A DNA stretch of 64,000 bases from assembly GCA_963765375.1 (NCBI GenBank), contig CAVXVZ010000011.1, positions 272,956 to 336,955 on the forward strand, read 5' to 3'. The notes below the pieces were generated by a model. That model saw nothing but the letters and a program-made list of their open reading frames with translations, did not search any database and was not told where the DNA came from. Numbering within the stretch: the stretch's first letter is position 1; every line of letters starts with the position of its first letter. This stretch comes from an uncultured Alphaproteobacteria bacterium (GTDB taxonomy: Bacteria > Pseudomonadota > Alphaproteobacteria > Rhizobiales > Beijerinckiaceae). Shown piece after piece: positions 36,119 to 48,078 of the stretch. The translations under genes and the position numbers were made by a program.

Positions 36119-37716
36119 TGAAGCGGCTCCAGGGCAGGACGGAACTGGAGATTGATCGGCGGGGGATGAAACAGCGCCGAATCCATCTGCCGCAGTTCCG
36201 GGGCCACCGCCAGCGGAAACTCGGCCTGACCAAGGACGTCGCGCTTCAAATCGACGCCCGGGGCCAACTCGACAACCGTTACGCCTTCCGGCTCCAAGCG
36301 AAGGACGCACCGTTCAGTGACATAGAGAATTTCCTGGCTCTGAGCGATCGCCCGAGGGCCCGAAAAGGAGATCTGCTCGACAGAGTGGACGAGCTTCTTG
36401 ACCTTGCCTTCCTTCGAAACCGTCACCGCCCCGTCGCTGACCTCGAGTTTTGCGCCGGCGGTGAAATAGCCGGAGAAAACAATCTTCCTCGCGCGCGCCG
36501 TGATGTCGACGAAGCCGCCCGCTCCCGCCGTCACGTGAGGGCGCACGCCGAGCTTGGACACGTTGACGGAGCCCAGGCGATCGATCTGCAGGAACGAGAG
36601 CAGCGACATGTCAAAGCCGCCGCCCTGGAAGTAAGTGAACTGAGCCGGCGACGGCACGATCGCCTCGGCGTTGGAGGCGCAACCGAATTGGAAATCGAGC
36701 AACGGCACGCCCCCCACGGCCCCTTGTTCGATGACCCAGGTCACGGCGCCATGCCTGCCCTCCTCGATCAGGATCCGGGGCACGTTCGCAGAAATGCCGA
36801 AACCGATGTTGACCGCATCGCCCTCGCGCAATTCCTGGGCTACCCGTCGCGCGATGACCTTGGCGATATCGAACTTCGGCGTCTCGAAGGACCACAACGG
36901 ACGAAAGATCTCGCCAGAAATGGCGGGTTCGTAAGTCGTGTGAGTCGTCTGCAATTGATCCGGCGCGATAACGATGTAGTCGACGAGTATGCCGGGCACG
37001 ACGACGTCGTGAGGGCGCAGCGTACCCGACGCGGCAAGCCGTTTGACTTGTGCGATCACAACCCCGCCGTTGTTGCGCACTGCAAGGGCTTGATCGAGCG
37101 GCCCGAGAATGCCCCCTTCGTGCTCGTATGAGAGATTTCCTCTTTCGTCAGCAGTGGTTGCGCGAATGATCGCGATCTGCGGAGTGATGGTCGGGAAGAA
37201 CAGCCACTCGTCGCCAGCGAAATTGACGCGTTCCACGATCGGCTCCGACGCCGCTCTTGCGTTCATGGCGCAGCCTTCGTGGACGGGATCGACGAACGTA
37301 TCCATTCCCACTTTTGTCAGAACGCCCGGCCGTTTCGCCGCCGCCTCGCGATGAATATCAAACAGGATACCCGACGGCACGTTATAGGCCGGGATCGCGT
37401 CGCCAGTGATCATCTTCCAAATTGCGGGCGGCTCGGCGGAAGATGGGCCGGACGGATAGGAGCCAGCCAAAACCCGGGCGAGGCACCCCGCCTTCGCCAG
37501 ATGGTCCACACCCTTCACTCCCCACATGTCGCCCGCCGCGATCGGGTGGAGGGTCGTCAGGTTCCGCGGATGACCCTCGGCCTCGAACCGTTCTCCGATC
37601 GCAGCCAACGTGTGGTCGGGGCAACCCAGCGCTGAAGACGAGGAGACTGTGACGATCGCGCCATCGGGAATCAGACGAGCGGCGTCCGAGGCGGAAATTA
37701 CCTTTTGCCTGCCCAT
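36115..37716 (-). CDS. Acyl-CoA:acetate/3-ketoacid CoA-transferase (family I, YdiF-like fused alpha/beta)
   Basis: 533 aa. The N-terminus KVISASDAARLIPDGAIVTVSSSS and the size and shape fit single-chain class I CoA-transferases (COG4670-like, from memory). Confidence 0.75.
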   Translation of the reverse strand: MGRQKVISASDAARLIPDGAIVTVSSSSALGCPDHTLAAIGERFEAEGHPRNLTTLHPIAAGDMWGVKGVDHLAKAGCLARVLAGSYPSGPSSAEPPAIWKMITGDAIPAYNVPSGILFDIHREAAAKRPGVLTKVGMDTFVDPVHEGCAMNARAASEPIVERVNFAGDEWLFFPTITPQIAIIRATTADERGNLSYEHEGGILGPLDQALAVRNNGGVVIAQVKRLAASGTLRPHDVVVPGILVDYIVIAPDQLQTTHTTYEPAISGEIFRPLWSFETPKFDIAKVIARRVAQELREGDAVNIGFGISANVPRILIEEGRHGAVTWVIEQGAVGGVPLLDFQFGCASNAEAIVPSPAQFTYFQGGGFDMSLLSFLQIDRLGSVNVSKLGVRPHVTAGAGGFVDITARARKIVFSGYFTAGAKLEVSDGAVTVSKEGKVKKLVHSVEQISFSGPRAIAQSQEILYVTERCVLRLEPEGVTVVELAPGVDLKRDVLGQAEFPLAVAPELRQMDSALFHPPPINLQFRPALEPLQ

Positions 37717-37736
37717 GCTAACCTCAGACAGTCAGA

Positions 37737-39772
<2,036 letters not shown>

Positions 39773-39814
39773 TTGCCGGGCCCTTCGTGGTTCATCACTT
39801 TTCAACAAGCGAGT

Positions 39815-39828
39815 TTGGCACGTTCCAA
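39815..39828. promoter_or_regulatory. Candidate LacI-family operator O1 (TTGGCACGTTCCAA)
   Basis: A 14-bp palindrome with a central CG and one symmetric mismatch, 43 bp upstream of the LacI start. It is the exact reverse complement of the site at 39898-39911. Confidence 0.55.
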
Positions 39829-39897
39829 CACGACCGGCAAACAAGGAGCCACTGGACTACTTACATCCTTGACATCCGGCGCAGGTCGGCGCTGGAA

Positions 39898-39911
39898 TTG
39901 GAACGTGCCAA
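39898..39911. promoter_or_regulatory. Candidate LacI-family operator O2 (TTGGAACGTGCCAA)
   Basis: Reverse complement of O1, with centres 83 bp apart. It lies 49 bp upstream of the FAD-protein start and just downstream of a TTGACA (39869-39874) -35-like hexamer. Confidence 0.55.
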
Positions 39912-39959
39912 ATAGCCGACATTGGAACTTTCGTCAATCCCGATCCAGAGAACAAGCCT

Positions 39960-42032
39960 TTGAGCACGACGATCCCCCAGAAAATCCTCGACCGACTGAC
40001 TGATGTCGGAATGCCCAAGCTTGCGAACGAAAAGCCGCCGGACGAGTTTATTGCGGCGCTCGGCTTTTCATTGCCCGTACGACGATGCCGCGCGTTGGTG
40101 CTCGGCAGCGGCGCGGCCGGACTGCGGGCGGCAGTAGAACTGAAGCGCCGTGAAATCGACGTTGCGGTCGCCTCCCAGAGCGCCTTCGGCGGCACTTCCG
40201 CCTGCTCGGGATCGGACAAGCAGACGCTGCATACGGCCAACACTTCGGATCAAGGCGACGACTTTCGCGATATGGCGGACGCGCTCGGCGCCGGCGGCGC
40301 GATGGACGGCGACACCGCTTATGTGGAAGCCGTGGGTTCGGCGCGGGCGCTATCGTCGCTGCAATACCTGGGGTTGCCGATACCGCAGGACCCACAGGGC
40401 GGCGTGTTGCGCTATCAAACCGATCACGACGAAGTGGGCCGCGCAACGAGTTGCGGCCCGCGAACATCGCGCTTGATGGTCCAGGTCCTCGTCAAGGAGG
40501 CGATCCGGCTCGACGTTCCGATCCTTAACCACGCCACCGGGGTTTGCCTTCTCGTCGCTCCAGGGCCGACCCGCCGCGCGGTCGGCGTCTTGGCGATGCG
40601 TCCGAAACACCGCACGGCCGACAATCCTCTCGGTTTAGCTGCGTTCCTTTGCGATTCCCTGGTCATCGCGACCGGAGGACCAGGCGAACTCTATCGAGAC
40701 AGCGTGTATCCCAGGCATTGCTTCGGCTCTTTGGGCCTCGCTCTCGAGGCGGGCCTGGAAGCCGTGAACTTGACGGAGAGCCAGTTCGGCATCGGGACGT
40801 CGCGAGAGCGGTTTCCCTGGAACTTATCCGGCACGTATGTGCAGTGCATGCCTTACGTGTATTCGGTCGATTCTCGCGGCCAGGAGCACAATTTTCTCGG
40901 CGACTACTACAGAACCACGCGCGAACTGGCCTCGAACGTTTTCCGGAAAGGCTATCAGTGGCCCTTCCACGCGACACGCATGCTCGACTTCGGCTCGAGC
41001 CTCTTCGACCTCGCAGTGTTTCGAGAAACTCAGGCGGGGCGAAGAGTGTTCATGGATTTTCATCGAAATCCTCTCGCGGTTCCTGAAGACGCCGAATTTA
41101 ATCTCGAGCGAGTCGATCCCGACGTGCACGCCTACCTCAAGAACTCCGGCGCCCTGCTTGAAAAACCTTTGGACCGACTGCGCAAAATGAACCCATTGTC
41201 CATCGAACTCTACAAACGCTATAAATACGACATCACAAAAAATCCGCTGGAATTCGCGATCAACAACCAGCACATGAACGGCGGACTGGCGATCGACACA
41301 TGGGGACAGACGAGCCTCAAGGGATGCTACGCAGTCGGCGAAGCGGCCGGAACCCATGGCGTCACTCGTCCAGGCGGCGCCGCGCTGAATGCCGGCCAGG
41401 TTTTGGGCACGCGCTGCGCCGAACATATCGCCTCGCGCCGAAACGCAGAAATCGCTCCTGCTTCCGAGCGAGACCTCGTGGAAGGCGCGCTCAGCCAAAT
41501 CCTTGAGGTCCTTCAACCCCGCAGCCAAATCACCGTCGGCGCCATAAGGACTGAAATCCAGGCCCGGATGAGCGACTACGCCGGGATCGTCTGTAACGCC
41601 GGCCACGTAAAGAAGGCGCTTGCCGGCGCTCACGCTCTCAACAACTCGATCCGAAGACGCGGAATCGCTTATAAAGGTCCCTACGAGGCGGTAAGGGCGC
41701 TACAATGGCGGCAGATGGCGATCGTTTCCGAGACGGCGCTCGCGGCGCTCGCGTTCTACATCAACCGCGGAGGGGGGAGCCGCGGCGCGCGCGCGATATG
41801 CAGCTCCGAAGGCGAGCGCGTTCCGCTCGCTCGGACAGGGCCGCTCGACGACTTCCGGTTCCTGCCTGAGCGCGCCGAAGACCGGACCGAGCAGATCCTG
41901 ATCCGCCTCGACGAGGGGCATCCCGTCATTCGCACGCGGGCGATACGCTCTTGCGACCGTGGGCGCCGCCCGTTCTTCGAGCGTGATTGGCCGGACTTCC
42001 TGACCGGGGCGATCTTCGACGCCGCGGACTGA
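39960..42032 (+). CDS. FAD-binding oxidoreductase of the succinate dehydrogenase/fumarate reductase/L-aspartate oxidase flavoprotein superfamily
   Basis: 690-aa ORF starting at TTG 39960; the start is uncertain and the next Met is codon 18. It has the dinucleotide fold ALVLGSGAAGLRAAVEL, then FGGTSACSGSDKQT, and later NNQHMNGGLAIDTWGQTSLKGCYAVGEAAGTHG (typical of the FAD_binding_2 C-terminal part). Confidence 0.8.
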   Translation: MSTTIPQKILDRLTDVGMPKLANEKPPDEFIAALGFSLPVRRCRALVLGSGAAGLRAAVELKRREIDVAVASQSAFGGTSACSGSDKQTLHTANTSDQGDDFRDMADALGAGGAMDGDTAYVEAVGSARALSSLQYLGLPIPQDPQGGVLRYQTDHDEVGRATSCGPRTSRLMVQVLVKEAIRLDVPILNHATGVCLLVAPGPTRRAVGVLAMRPKHRTADNPLGLAAFLCDSLVIATGGPGELYRDSVYPRHCFGSLGLALEAGLEAVNLTESQFGIGTSRERFPWNLSGTYVQCMPYVYSVDSRGQEHNFLGDYYRTTRELASNVFRKGYQWPFHATRMLDFGSSLFDLAVFRETQAGRRVFMDFHRNPLAVPEDAEFNLERVDPDVHAYLKNSGALLEKPLDRLRKMNPLSIELYKRYKYDITKNPLEFAINNQHMNGGLAIDTWGQTSLKGCYAVGEAAGTHGVTRPGGAALNAGQVLGTRCAEHIASRRNAEIAPASERDLVEGALSQILEVLQPRSQITVGAIRTEIQARMSDYAGIVCNAGHVKKALAGAHALNNSIRRRGIAYKGPYEAVRALQWRQMAIVSETALAALAFYINRGGGSRGARAICSSEGERVPLARTGPLDDFRFLPERAEDRTEQILIRLDEGHPVIRTRAIRSCDRGRRPFFERDWPDFLTGAIFDAAD

Positions 42033-42058
42033 TTCTGATCGCGCGATATTGCGCGCCT

Positions 42059-42409
42059 CTACGTTCCATCGGCGGGATTGGCTCCGTGATTCCTACGCTT
42101 GGTATGTCGCGTTAAATCACCGCTTTGCGCCGGGGCGGCGGCCGGCGTCGATCCGCCTTGACACTTCTCCTGCAAGACCTTGGTGTCCGCGCCGCGCAAG
42201 GTGACGTTGTTCAACGTGTCTGAGCCGACCAGAAGCGCTCCAATGCTGGTCCACGATCCGTCCTGATTTCGCTTCCACTCTGCACAACTGAGCTGAAGCG
42301 CCTTGCCGTGGACCTCGACGGTGTCTTGCTTGGCGTCGTTGGCGTCCTCGGCCATCGCGGCGGTGTGCATTGCAAGCGAGATGCATAGCAGGGCTGAGAC
42401 TCGAAGCAT
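42059..42409 (-). CDS. Small secreted hypothetical protein
   Basis: 116 aa with signal peptide MLRVSALLCISLAMHTAAMA. The mature part has 2 Cys and no family I recognise. Confidence 0.5.
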   Translation of the reverse strand: MLRVSALLCISLAMHTAAMAEDANDAKQDTVEVHGKALQLSCAEWKRNQDGSWTSIGALLVGSDTLNNVTLRGADTKVLQEKCQGGSTPAAAPAQSGDLTRHTKRRNHGANPADGT

Positions 42410-42571
42410 GGAGGGCGCCTTTGCGCGAGATCAAATCCGCAGCCGCCCATCGAAGCACCGGGTGGGAAGCGAGTCCATAGGTCGTCGCGCCTTTCTCTCG
42501 TCAGATCGGCCTGCCAGGATCGGATTGGGCCGCCCCTTTCACGGGCGGACAATCAGCGGGGGGAACAGCCG

Positions 42572-43189
42572 TTGCGAAACATTCATGGGACGCTTCGGCC
42601 GTGGAGCTGTGCGGTTTTGGCCACCGCCCTATTGCTGGCAACTCAGCCAGCTGCCGCCGATAATTCCGGCGGCTCGCGCATTTGCGAAGGGCCGTATGCG
42701 TTGTGCTCGTCCGCGGTCTGTCAGGCCATGGCAGGCGATCAAACTCATGTGAAATGCGCGTGCGAGGGCCCTTTGAACGGCCTGAACATTGGCAATTCGT
42801 CGTGCAAGGAGCGCACCGAACGGCTTACCTCGACATTTTCCTTATTGGACATCACGTCGACCCGCGCCAAGCCGGCTAAGTCACTCATCAGCTGTGCGGG
42901 CGAGAACAAGAACGTTTGGGCGTTTTGCCTCGATGCGCCTTGCAGCGCGGACAAGGGCAGGCTCAGTTGCACCTGTCAGTTAAATCCTTCTCCCTCGGAC
43001 TATGTTATTTTCGCCAGCGCGTGCCCAGCGGACAACAAGGCTCTTCGTGCCGCCTGCGCGCAGATATGGTCCTCGGCGTCGCAGGCCGAGCTGATGAGTG
43101 GCTATTCGCAATTGGCGCCCTTCTACGGCGACCCGGCGAAACTCGCCTACTGCCCGCCGATCGGATCGCCGAGCCCGCCGAGGAACTAG
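42572..43189 (+). CDS. Secreted Cys-rich hypothetical protein with an internally duplicated Cys motif
   Basis: 205 aa with a TTG start (no in-frame ATG) and a signal peptide ...AVLATALLLATQPAAA. The mature part is Cys-rich with two similar modules: YALCSSAVCQAMAGDQTHVKCACEGP and WAFCLDAPCSADKGRLSCTCQLNP. Confidence 0.55.
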   Translation: MRNIHGTLRPWSCAVLATALLLATQPAAADNSGGSRICEGPYALCSSAVCQAMAGDQTHVKCACEGPLNGLNIGNSSCKERTERLTSTFSLLDITSTRAKPAKSLISCAGENKNVWAFCLDAPCSADKGRLSCTCQLNPSPSDYVIFASACPADNKALRAACAQIWSSASQAELMSGYSQLAPFYGDPAKLAYCPPIGSPSPPRN

Positions 43190-43345
43190 GGCCTCGCGCT
43201 TCGCATCGCTAATCTGCCGAGCTAACGGCCCTGCTGGCCGAGATCGTTGGCTGAACGAGCGCCCTCTTGTTGCCCGAGACGTCACCCGCCCTTCTTTGTC
43301 TCAAGGCTGGAAGGCAGAGCTTGTAGGGGAAGTAATTGTTTTGAT

Positions 43346-43422
43346 TGGCGACTCCGGCAGGACTCGAACCTGCGACCTGCCGCTTAGAAGGCGGCTGCTC
43401 TATCCAACTGAGCTACGGAGCC
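43346..43422 (-). tRNA. tRNA-Arg (anticodon TCT), CCA encoded
   Basis: Folded by hand from GGCTCCGTAGCTCAGTTGGATAGAGCAGCCGCCTTCTAAGCGGCAGGTCGCAGGTTCGAGTCCTGCCGGAGTCGCCA. It has a 7-bp acceptor stem (one G-T pair), D stem GCTC/GAGC and anticodon stem GCCGC/GCGGC with loop CTTCTAA. The T arm is GCAGG-TTCGAGT-CCTGC. Confidence 0.95.
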
Positions 43423-43458
43423 GAATCGATCTTGGGCGCCGCCCGTTCATTCAACGCT

Positions 43459-43761
43459 TCAATGTGACCAGGGAACGATGCGGTTGGGGGCAAAATTGTC
43501 GGAATAGGACAGGACCTTGCGCGTCTGGGGCTTGGGCTCCTCGACGCGGTAGGGGATGCCATTGCGCTCAGCGTAGGCGACCGCCTCCTCCTTCGCCTCG
43601 AACTTGAGCTTCACCTGTGACCTCATGTCGGCCGAACTGGTCCAGCCCATCAGCGGCTCGATCTCGCGCGGCTTCTCGGGCTCGTATTCGAGCAGCCAAT
43701 GGTGGTTCGCCTGCCCCGACTGCATGGCGTTCAGGGCGGGCTTGTAGATCCGAGCGGTCAT
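43459..43761 (-). CDS. ETC complex I subunit conserved-region protein (NDUFS4-like)
   Basis: ATG at 43761 (MTARIYKPALNAMQSGQANHHWLLEYEPEKPREIEPLMGWTSSADMRSQVKLKFEAKEEAVAYAERNGIPY). This is the typical alphaproteobacterial NDUFS4 homologue sequence. Confidence 0.88.
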   Translation of the reverse strand: MTARIYKPALNAMQSGQANHHWLLEYEPEKPREIEPLMGWTSSADMRSQVKLKFEAKEEAVAYAERNGIPYRVEEPKPQTRKVLSYSDNFAPNRIVPWSH

Positions 43762-43791
43762 AACGGCCCCCAAGATTTGTCGTCATAGCGT

Positions 43792-43868
43792 TGGTCGGGG
43801 CAGCAGGATTTGAACCTGCGACCTGAAGTACCCAAAACTTCCGCGCTACCAGGCTGCGCTATACCCCG
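43792..43868 (-). tRNA. tRNA-Pro (anticodon TGG), CCA encoded
   Basis: Folded by hand from CGGGGTATAGCGCAGCCTGGTAGCGCGGAAGTTTTGGGTACTTCAGGTCGCAGGTTCAAATCCTGCTGCCCCGACCA. It has acceptor CGGGGTA/TGCCCCG and anticodon stem GAAGT/ACTTC with loop TTTGGGT. The T arm is GCAGG-TTCAAAT-CCTGC. Confidence 0.95.
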
Positions 43869-43948
43869 GATTCCTGGCCGTTTGGCTATCATGCGGCGCC
43901 GCACATGGACAAGTCCAAGACTGACGACCTGGACGCGGTCGGCCGCGC

Positions 43949-45769
43949 TCACTTCTCCGGCAGGACGTTTCGGATGTGGAGCTCGCGCAATTGCTTCGGC
44001 GTCGCCGGTGACGGCGCGCCCATGAGCAGGTCCTCGGCGCGCTGGTTCATCGGGAACAGCGCCACCTCGCGCAGGTTCTGCTCGCCGGCGAGCAGCATGA
44101 CGATACGGTCGACGCCCGCGGCCATGCCGCCATGCGGCGGGGCGCCATAGTGGAAGGCGCGGTACATGCCCCCGAAACGCTCGATCACGGTCTCTTCGCC
44201 GTAGCCGGCGATTTCGAAGGCCTTCACCATCGCGTCCGGCTTATGGTTGCGTATCCCGCCCGAGGCGAGTTCGTAGCCGTTGCAGGCGACGTCGTACTGG
44301 AAGGCCTTGATGGTCAAGGGGTCTTCGGTCGTCAGCGCTTCAAGGCCGCCCTGCGGCATCGAGAACGGATTGTGCGAGAAGTCGATTCTCTTCTCTTCCT
44401 CGTTCCGCTCGAACATCGGGAAGTCGACGATCCAACAGAACTCGAACCGGCTCTCGTCGACGAGCTTGAGTTCCTGCCCCACCTTCGCCCGCGCGAGGCC
44501 CGCGAACTTGGCAAACTTGTCCGGATCGCCGGCGATGAAGAAGGCCGCGTCGCCGGCGGTCAGACCGAGCACGGCGCGGATCGCTTCCGCACGCTCCGGG
44601 CCGATGTTGTTGGCGAGGGGTCCGCGTGCGCCGACGCCGGTCGCATTGCGGTCCGCGGCGAGCGTCGTCTCGTCCCTGGCGCGGTCGAAGAACAGGATAT
44701 AGCCGAGCCCAGGCTGGCCTTCGCTCTGCGCCCAAGAATTCATCCGATCGGCGAAGGTGCGCTGGCCGCCCCCGGGGGCGGGAAGCGCCCACACTTCGTT
44801 CTTCTCGGTCTCAAGCAGGCGCGCAAACAGCTTGAAGCCCGAGCCGCGAAAATGCTCGGAGACGTCCTGCATGACGATCGGATTGCGCAGATCCGGCTTG
44901 TCGGAGCCAAATTTGCGCATCGCGTCGGCGTAAGGAATCCGCGCCCAGGGCGACGGCGTGACCGGCTTGCCGCCCGAGAATTCCTCGAAAACCCCCCGTA
45001 TCACCGGCTCCATCGCCGCGAATACGTCGTCTTGCTCGACAAAGCTCATCTCGACATCGAGCTGGTAGAATTCGCCCGGCAGGCGGTCGGCGCGCGGGTC
45101 CTCGTCGCGGAAACAGGGCGCAATCTGGAAATAGCGGTCGAAGCCCGCCATCATCAGGAGCTGCTTGTACTGCTGGGGCGCCTGCGGCAGGGCGTAGAAT
45201 TTGCCTGGATGCAGGCGCGAGGGAACGAGGAAGTCGCGCGCGCCTTCCGGGCTCGAAGCGGTGAGGATCGGCGTCTGGAACTCGAAGAACCCCTGCCCTT
45301 TCATCCGTCTGCGAAGCAAATCAATGATTTGACCGCGCAGCATGATGTTCTGGTGCAGTTTCTCACGACGGAGATCGAGGAAGCGGTACCGGAGCCGGGT
45401 GTCCTCCGGATAGGGCTGGTCGCCGAACACAGGAAGCGGAAGGTCGCCCGCTGGTCCCAGAACTTCGATCTCGCGCACATAGACCTCGACGAGGCCAGTC
45501 GGCATCTCGGGGTTCTCGGTGCCCGGGGGGCGCTTCCGCACCCCGCCGTCGATGCGGATGACGAATTCCGACCGCAGTTTTTCCGCCTGACGAAAAGCCG
45601 GCAAGTCCGGATCGACGACGCACTGGGTGAGGCCATAATGGTCGCGCAGATCGATGAACAGCAGTCCGCCATGATCGCGGATGCGATGGCACCAGCCTGA
45701 AAGCCGGACATCGGCGCCGTCCTCGGCGAGGGTCAGGGCGCCGCAGGTATGGGTACGATAGCGATGCAT
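43949..45769 (-). CDS. aspS: Aspartate--tRNA ligase
   Basis: 606 aa. It has [12 protein letters not shown]...[29 protein letters not shown] (OB fold), class II motifs [12 protein letters not shown] and [14 protein letters not shown], and a bacterial-type insertion domain. Confidence 0.96.
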   Translation of the reverse strand: MHRYRTHTCGALTLAEDGADVRLSGWCHRIRDHGGLLFIDLRDHYGLTQCVVDPDLPAFRQAEKLRSEFVIRIDGGVRKRPPGTENPEMPTGLVEVYVREIEVLGPAGDLPLPVFGDQPYPEDTRLRYRFLDLRREKLHQNIMLRGQIIDLLRRRMKGQGFFEFQTPILTASSPEGARDFLVPSRLHPGKFYALPQAPQQYKQLLMMAGFDRYFQIAPCFRDEDPRADRLPGEFYQLDVEMSFVEQDDVFAAMEPVIRGVFEEFSGGKPVTPSPWARIPYADAMRKFGSDKPDLRNPIVMQDVSEHFRGSGFKLFARLLETEKNEVWALPAPGGGQRTFADRMNSWAQSEGQPGLGYILFFDRARDETTLAADRNATGVGARGPLANNIGPERAEAIRAVLGLTAGDAAFFIAGDPDKFAKFAGLARAKVGQELKLVDESRFEFCWIVDFPMFERNEEEKRIDFSHNPFSMPQGGLEALTTEDPLTIKAFQYDVACNGYELASGGIRNHKPDAMVKAFEIAGYGEETVIERFGGMYRAFHYGAPPHGGMAAGVDRIVMLLAGEQNLREVALFPMNQRAEDLLMGAPSPATPKQLRELHIRNVLPEK

Positions 45770-46027
45770 GAAAGTCGGTCTTGTTCGCTCGCTTGGAGGG
45801 CGTTGCGGCGCTGCCTAACCGAAAACGCACGCGGGGGAAAGCGCCAACTCCCCGCCGCGGCCATGCCCGGACAGCTGGGAGACCCGGCGTTTCAGCCGGC
45901 AAGTCACCGAGATTTGACCTAGCGGACCGGTGTCGCCGCCATTTACTGTCCCCGACAACGCAAGTAGGTTTTCAAGGCCGCGTCGCCGAGCGCCGCAATT
46001 GGCGAGCACCGCAATTGGATTGAGCCC

Positions 46028-46840
46028 ATGACCGCTTCGTCAGCCATCGCCGCGTCGCCTGAGCTCCTGCGGCGCGACGACAACGGCGTCGTCGTCTTGA
46101 CCTTGAACACGTCGCAGAACCGCAATGCGCTGAGCCTCGCGATGATCGAGGCTCTCATTGCGGCGCTTGACGATATCGCCGGCGACGAGAAGGCGCGGGT
46201 CGTCGTCTTGGCCGGCGCCGGACCGGCGCTCAGCGGCGGCCATGACCTCAAGGAGATGCAGGCGCATCGCAACGACTGCGATCGGGGCCGCGAATATTAT
46301 GTCGAGCTCTTCGCGCGCTGCGCGACGCTCATGCAAGCGGTCGTCAAGCTGCCGAAGCCGGTCATCGCGGCGGTCGAGGGCATCGCGACCGCGGCGGGCT
46401 GCCAGCTCGTCGCCGCCTGCGATCTTGCGATCGCCGGAGAGCATGCGCGCTTCGGCCTTTCGGGCGTGAACTACGGGCTCTTCTGCTCAACGCCGCTGGT
46501 CGCGGTCGGCCGCGTCGTGTCGCGGAAGCAGGCGATGGAAATGGCGCTGACCGGCAGGCTCTTCACCGCCGGCGAGGCCGAGCGCTTCGGCCTTGTCAAC
46601 CGCGTGGTTCCCGAGGGCCGCGCGCTCGAGGAAGCCATGGCGCTCGCGAGCACGATCGCAAGCCACTCGGCCCCGACGCTGGCGATCGGCAAGCGCGCGT
46701 TCTACGACCAGATCGAGCGGCCGCTCGACGAGGCATACGCGCTCGCCTCGGTGGCGATGATCGACAATCTCGCCGAGCCCGACTCGGTCGAAGGCCTCGG
46801 CGCCTTCCTCGACAAGCGGCGGCCGGTCTGGGGATCATGA
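46028..46840 (+). CDS. Enoyl-CoA hydratase/isomerase family protein
   Basis: 270 aa. It has VVLTLNTSQNRNALS and LSGGHDLKEM, plus VIAAVEGIATAAGCQLVAACDLAIA (crotonase fold). Confidence 0.88.
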   Translation: MTASSAIAASPELLRRDDNGVVVLTLNTSQNRNALSLAMIEALIAALDDIAGDEKARVVVLAGAGPALSGGHDLKEMQAHRNDCDRGREYYVELFARCATLMQAVVKLPKPVIAAVEGIATAAGCQLVAACDLAIAGEHARFGLSGVNYGLFCSTPLVAVGRVVSRKQAMEMALTGRLFTAGEAERFGLVNRVVPEGRALEEAMALASTIASHSAPTLAIGKRAFYDQIERPLDEAYALASVAMIDNLAEPDSVEGLGAFLDKRRPVWGS

Positions 46841-46841
46841 T

Positions 46842-47294
46842 ATGCCGGCGATCGACGGCGTCAGCGACGAGGAGGTGCGGTCGATCCTGACCGGCGTCTC
46901 CACGATCGCCGTCGTCGGCGCCTCACCCAATCCGGCGCGACCGTCCAACGACGTGCTCGGCTTTCTCATCGCCAAGGGCTTCGAGACCTACCCGGTCAAT
47001 CCCGGCCATGCCGGCGGACTCATTCGCGGCCGGACGACTTTCGCCCGCCTCGCCGACGTGCCGGCCGCGATCGACATGGTCGACGTCTTCCGCAGGTCAT
47101 CCGCCGCCGGGGGCGTGGTCGACGAAGCCTTGCGCCTCGACCCCCTGCCCCGTGTGGTTTGGATGCAGCTCGGCGTCGTCGATGAAGAGGCGGCGAAGCG
47201 AGGCCGCGCGAAGGGCGTGACAATGGTCATGAACCGCTGCCCGAGGATCGAATTCGCGCGCCTGTTCGGCGGCCCGCGGGTCGTGGCGGGTTGA
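46842..47294 (+). CDS. CoA-binding domain protein (YccU/YneT-like)
   Basis: 150 aa with IAVVGASPNPARPSNDVLGFLIAKGFETYPVNP and VDMVDVFRRS. It starts 2 nt after the previous stop. Confidence 0.85.
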   Translation: MPAIDGVSDEEVRSILTGVSTIAVVGASPNPARPSNDVLGFLIAKGFETYPVNPGHAGGLIRGRTTFARLADVPAAIDMVDVFRRSSAAGGVVDEALRLDPLPRVVWMQLGVVDEEAAKRGRAKGVTMVMNRCPRIEFARLFGGPRVVAG

Positions 47295-47359
47295 CGCCGG
47301 CTTGGGGACGGGCGGGGCGCGAGCCGCCGCCGAAGCCGCTGGCGGGAGTCCGGGCCAGC

Positions 47360-47467
47360 CGCAACAAATTCAAAGCCGGGCGCAACAAAAACCAAATCCA
47401 TCGCAACAAAATCAAAACCGAAACGCAACGAAAACCAAATCCGGCGCATCGACAACAAAATTGCCTT
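47360..47467 (+). repeat. Tandem array, copy B: 5 units of 21-23 bp (CGCAACAAAnnCAAAnCCnnn). It is the reverse complement of copy A.
   Basis: Units are 47360-47380, 47381-47401, 47402-47423, 47424-47446 and 47447-47467. Within the first unit, CGCAACAAATTCAAAGCC is the exact reverse complement of GGCTTTGAATTTGTTGCG inside copy A unit 4. The array starts 65 nt after the stop of the CoA-binding gene, in its sense orientation. Confidence 0.85.
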
Positions 47468-48078
47468 TCTTCCCACAAATCCAATCTTATCAATCGGTTA
47501 TGTCTGATTGCGGCGGCCAGGAACCGGACGTCGTCAAGTCGAAGGCGCTACGACGCTCCTAACGGATCAGCCAACGTGGTTTCTGAAAACACTAAATCAC
47601 GGGCTCGGCGATTTGGCAAGAAAATGTCACATGCTCGAAAGGCGGCGCATCCTTAAGGCGCCCTAAGGTCGCGGCTCGGCCGATCGGGGATGAGACCCAG
47701 CGCGCAGCGATAGGCTCTCTGTCGCGCCCTGGGCGCGTTGCGGATTGGCCGCGCCCGGTTCGCTCCGCCTCGACCTCGCGCCTCAAGTCGGCGGCGCAAC
47801 CGCCGCGTCGAAGCGCGCTCCAGCGCGCGCCCGGCGGCGCCGCCTTCTCGAACGTCCTTCGAGACGGGCGTTCGGCGCCCCTCGAGGCAGGAGGAGGGGT
47901 GCGATTCCGTCAAACCGCGACGTGCTCTGGCGCATGCGAAGGCGCGTTCTGTGAGATCGATCACAGCGCGAACGCTGTGCTTACGCTAGCCACTCCCGAG
48001 GCGGGAGGGTCGCAGGGGCTGAGTTTCAAACAGTTGATCTGCGCATGAAGTGTCTCCGTGCGCTGGAGAGAACGACAC

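Noticed and set aside
43190-43950. tRNA-Arg / tRNA-Pro as the anchor of an integrated genomic island or prophage
   Set aside because: No integrase, excisionase or phage genes on either side, and I saw no duplicated tRNA 3' segment. The NDUFS4-like gene and aspS are core genes. Only the two secreted-protein genes to the left look mildly accessory.
47590-48060. ORFs upstream of the SIR2 gene (47653..47964 minus, 47738..47989 plus, 47745..47954 plus, 47961..48209 minus) as partner genes
   Set aside because: They are Arg/Ala/Pro-rich, mutually overlapping on both strands, have no SD or start context and no recognisable domains. I treat the region as non-coding (leader or ncRNA candidate) instead.
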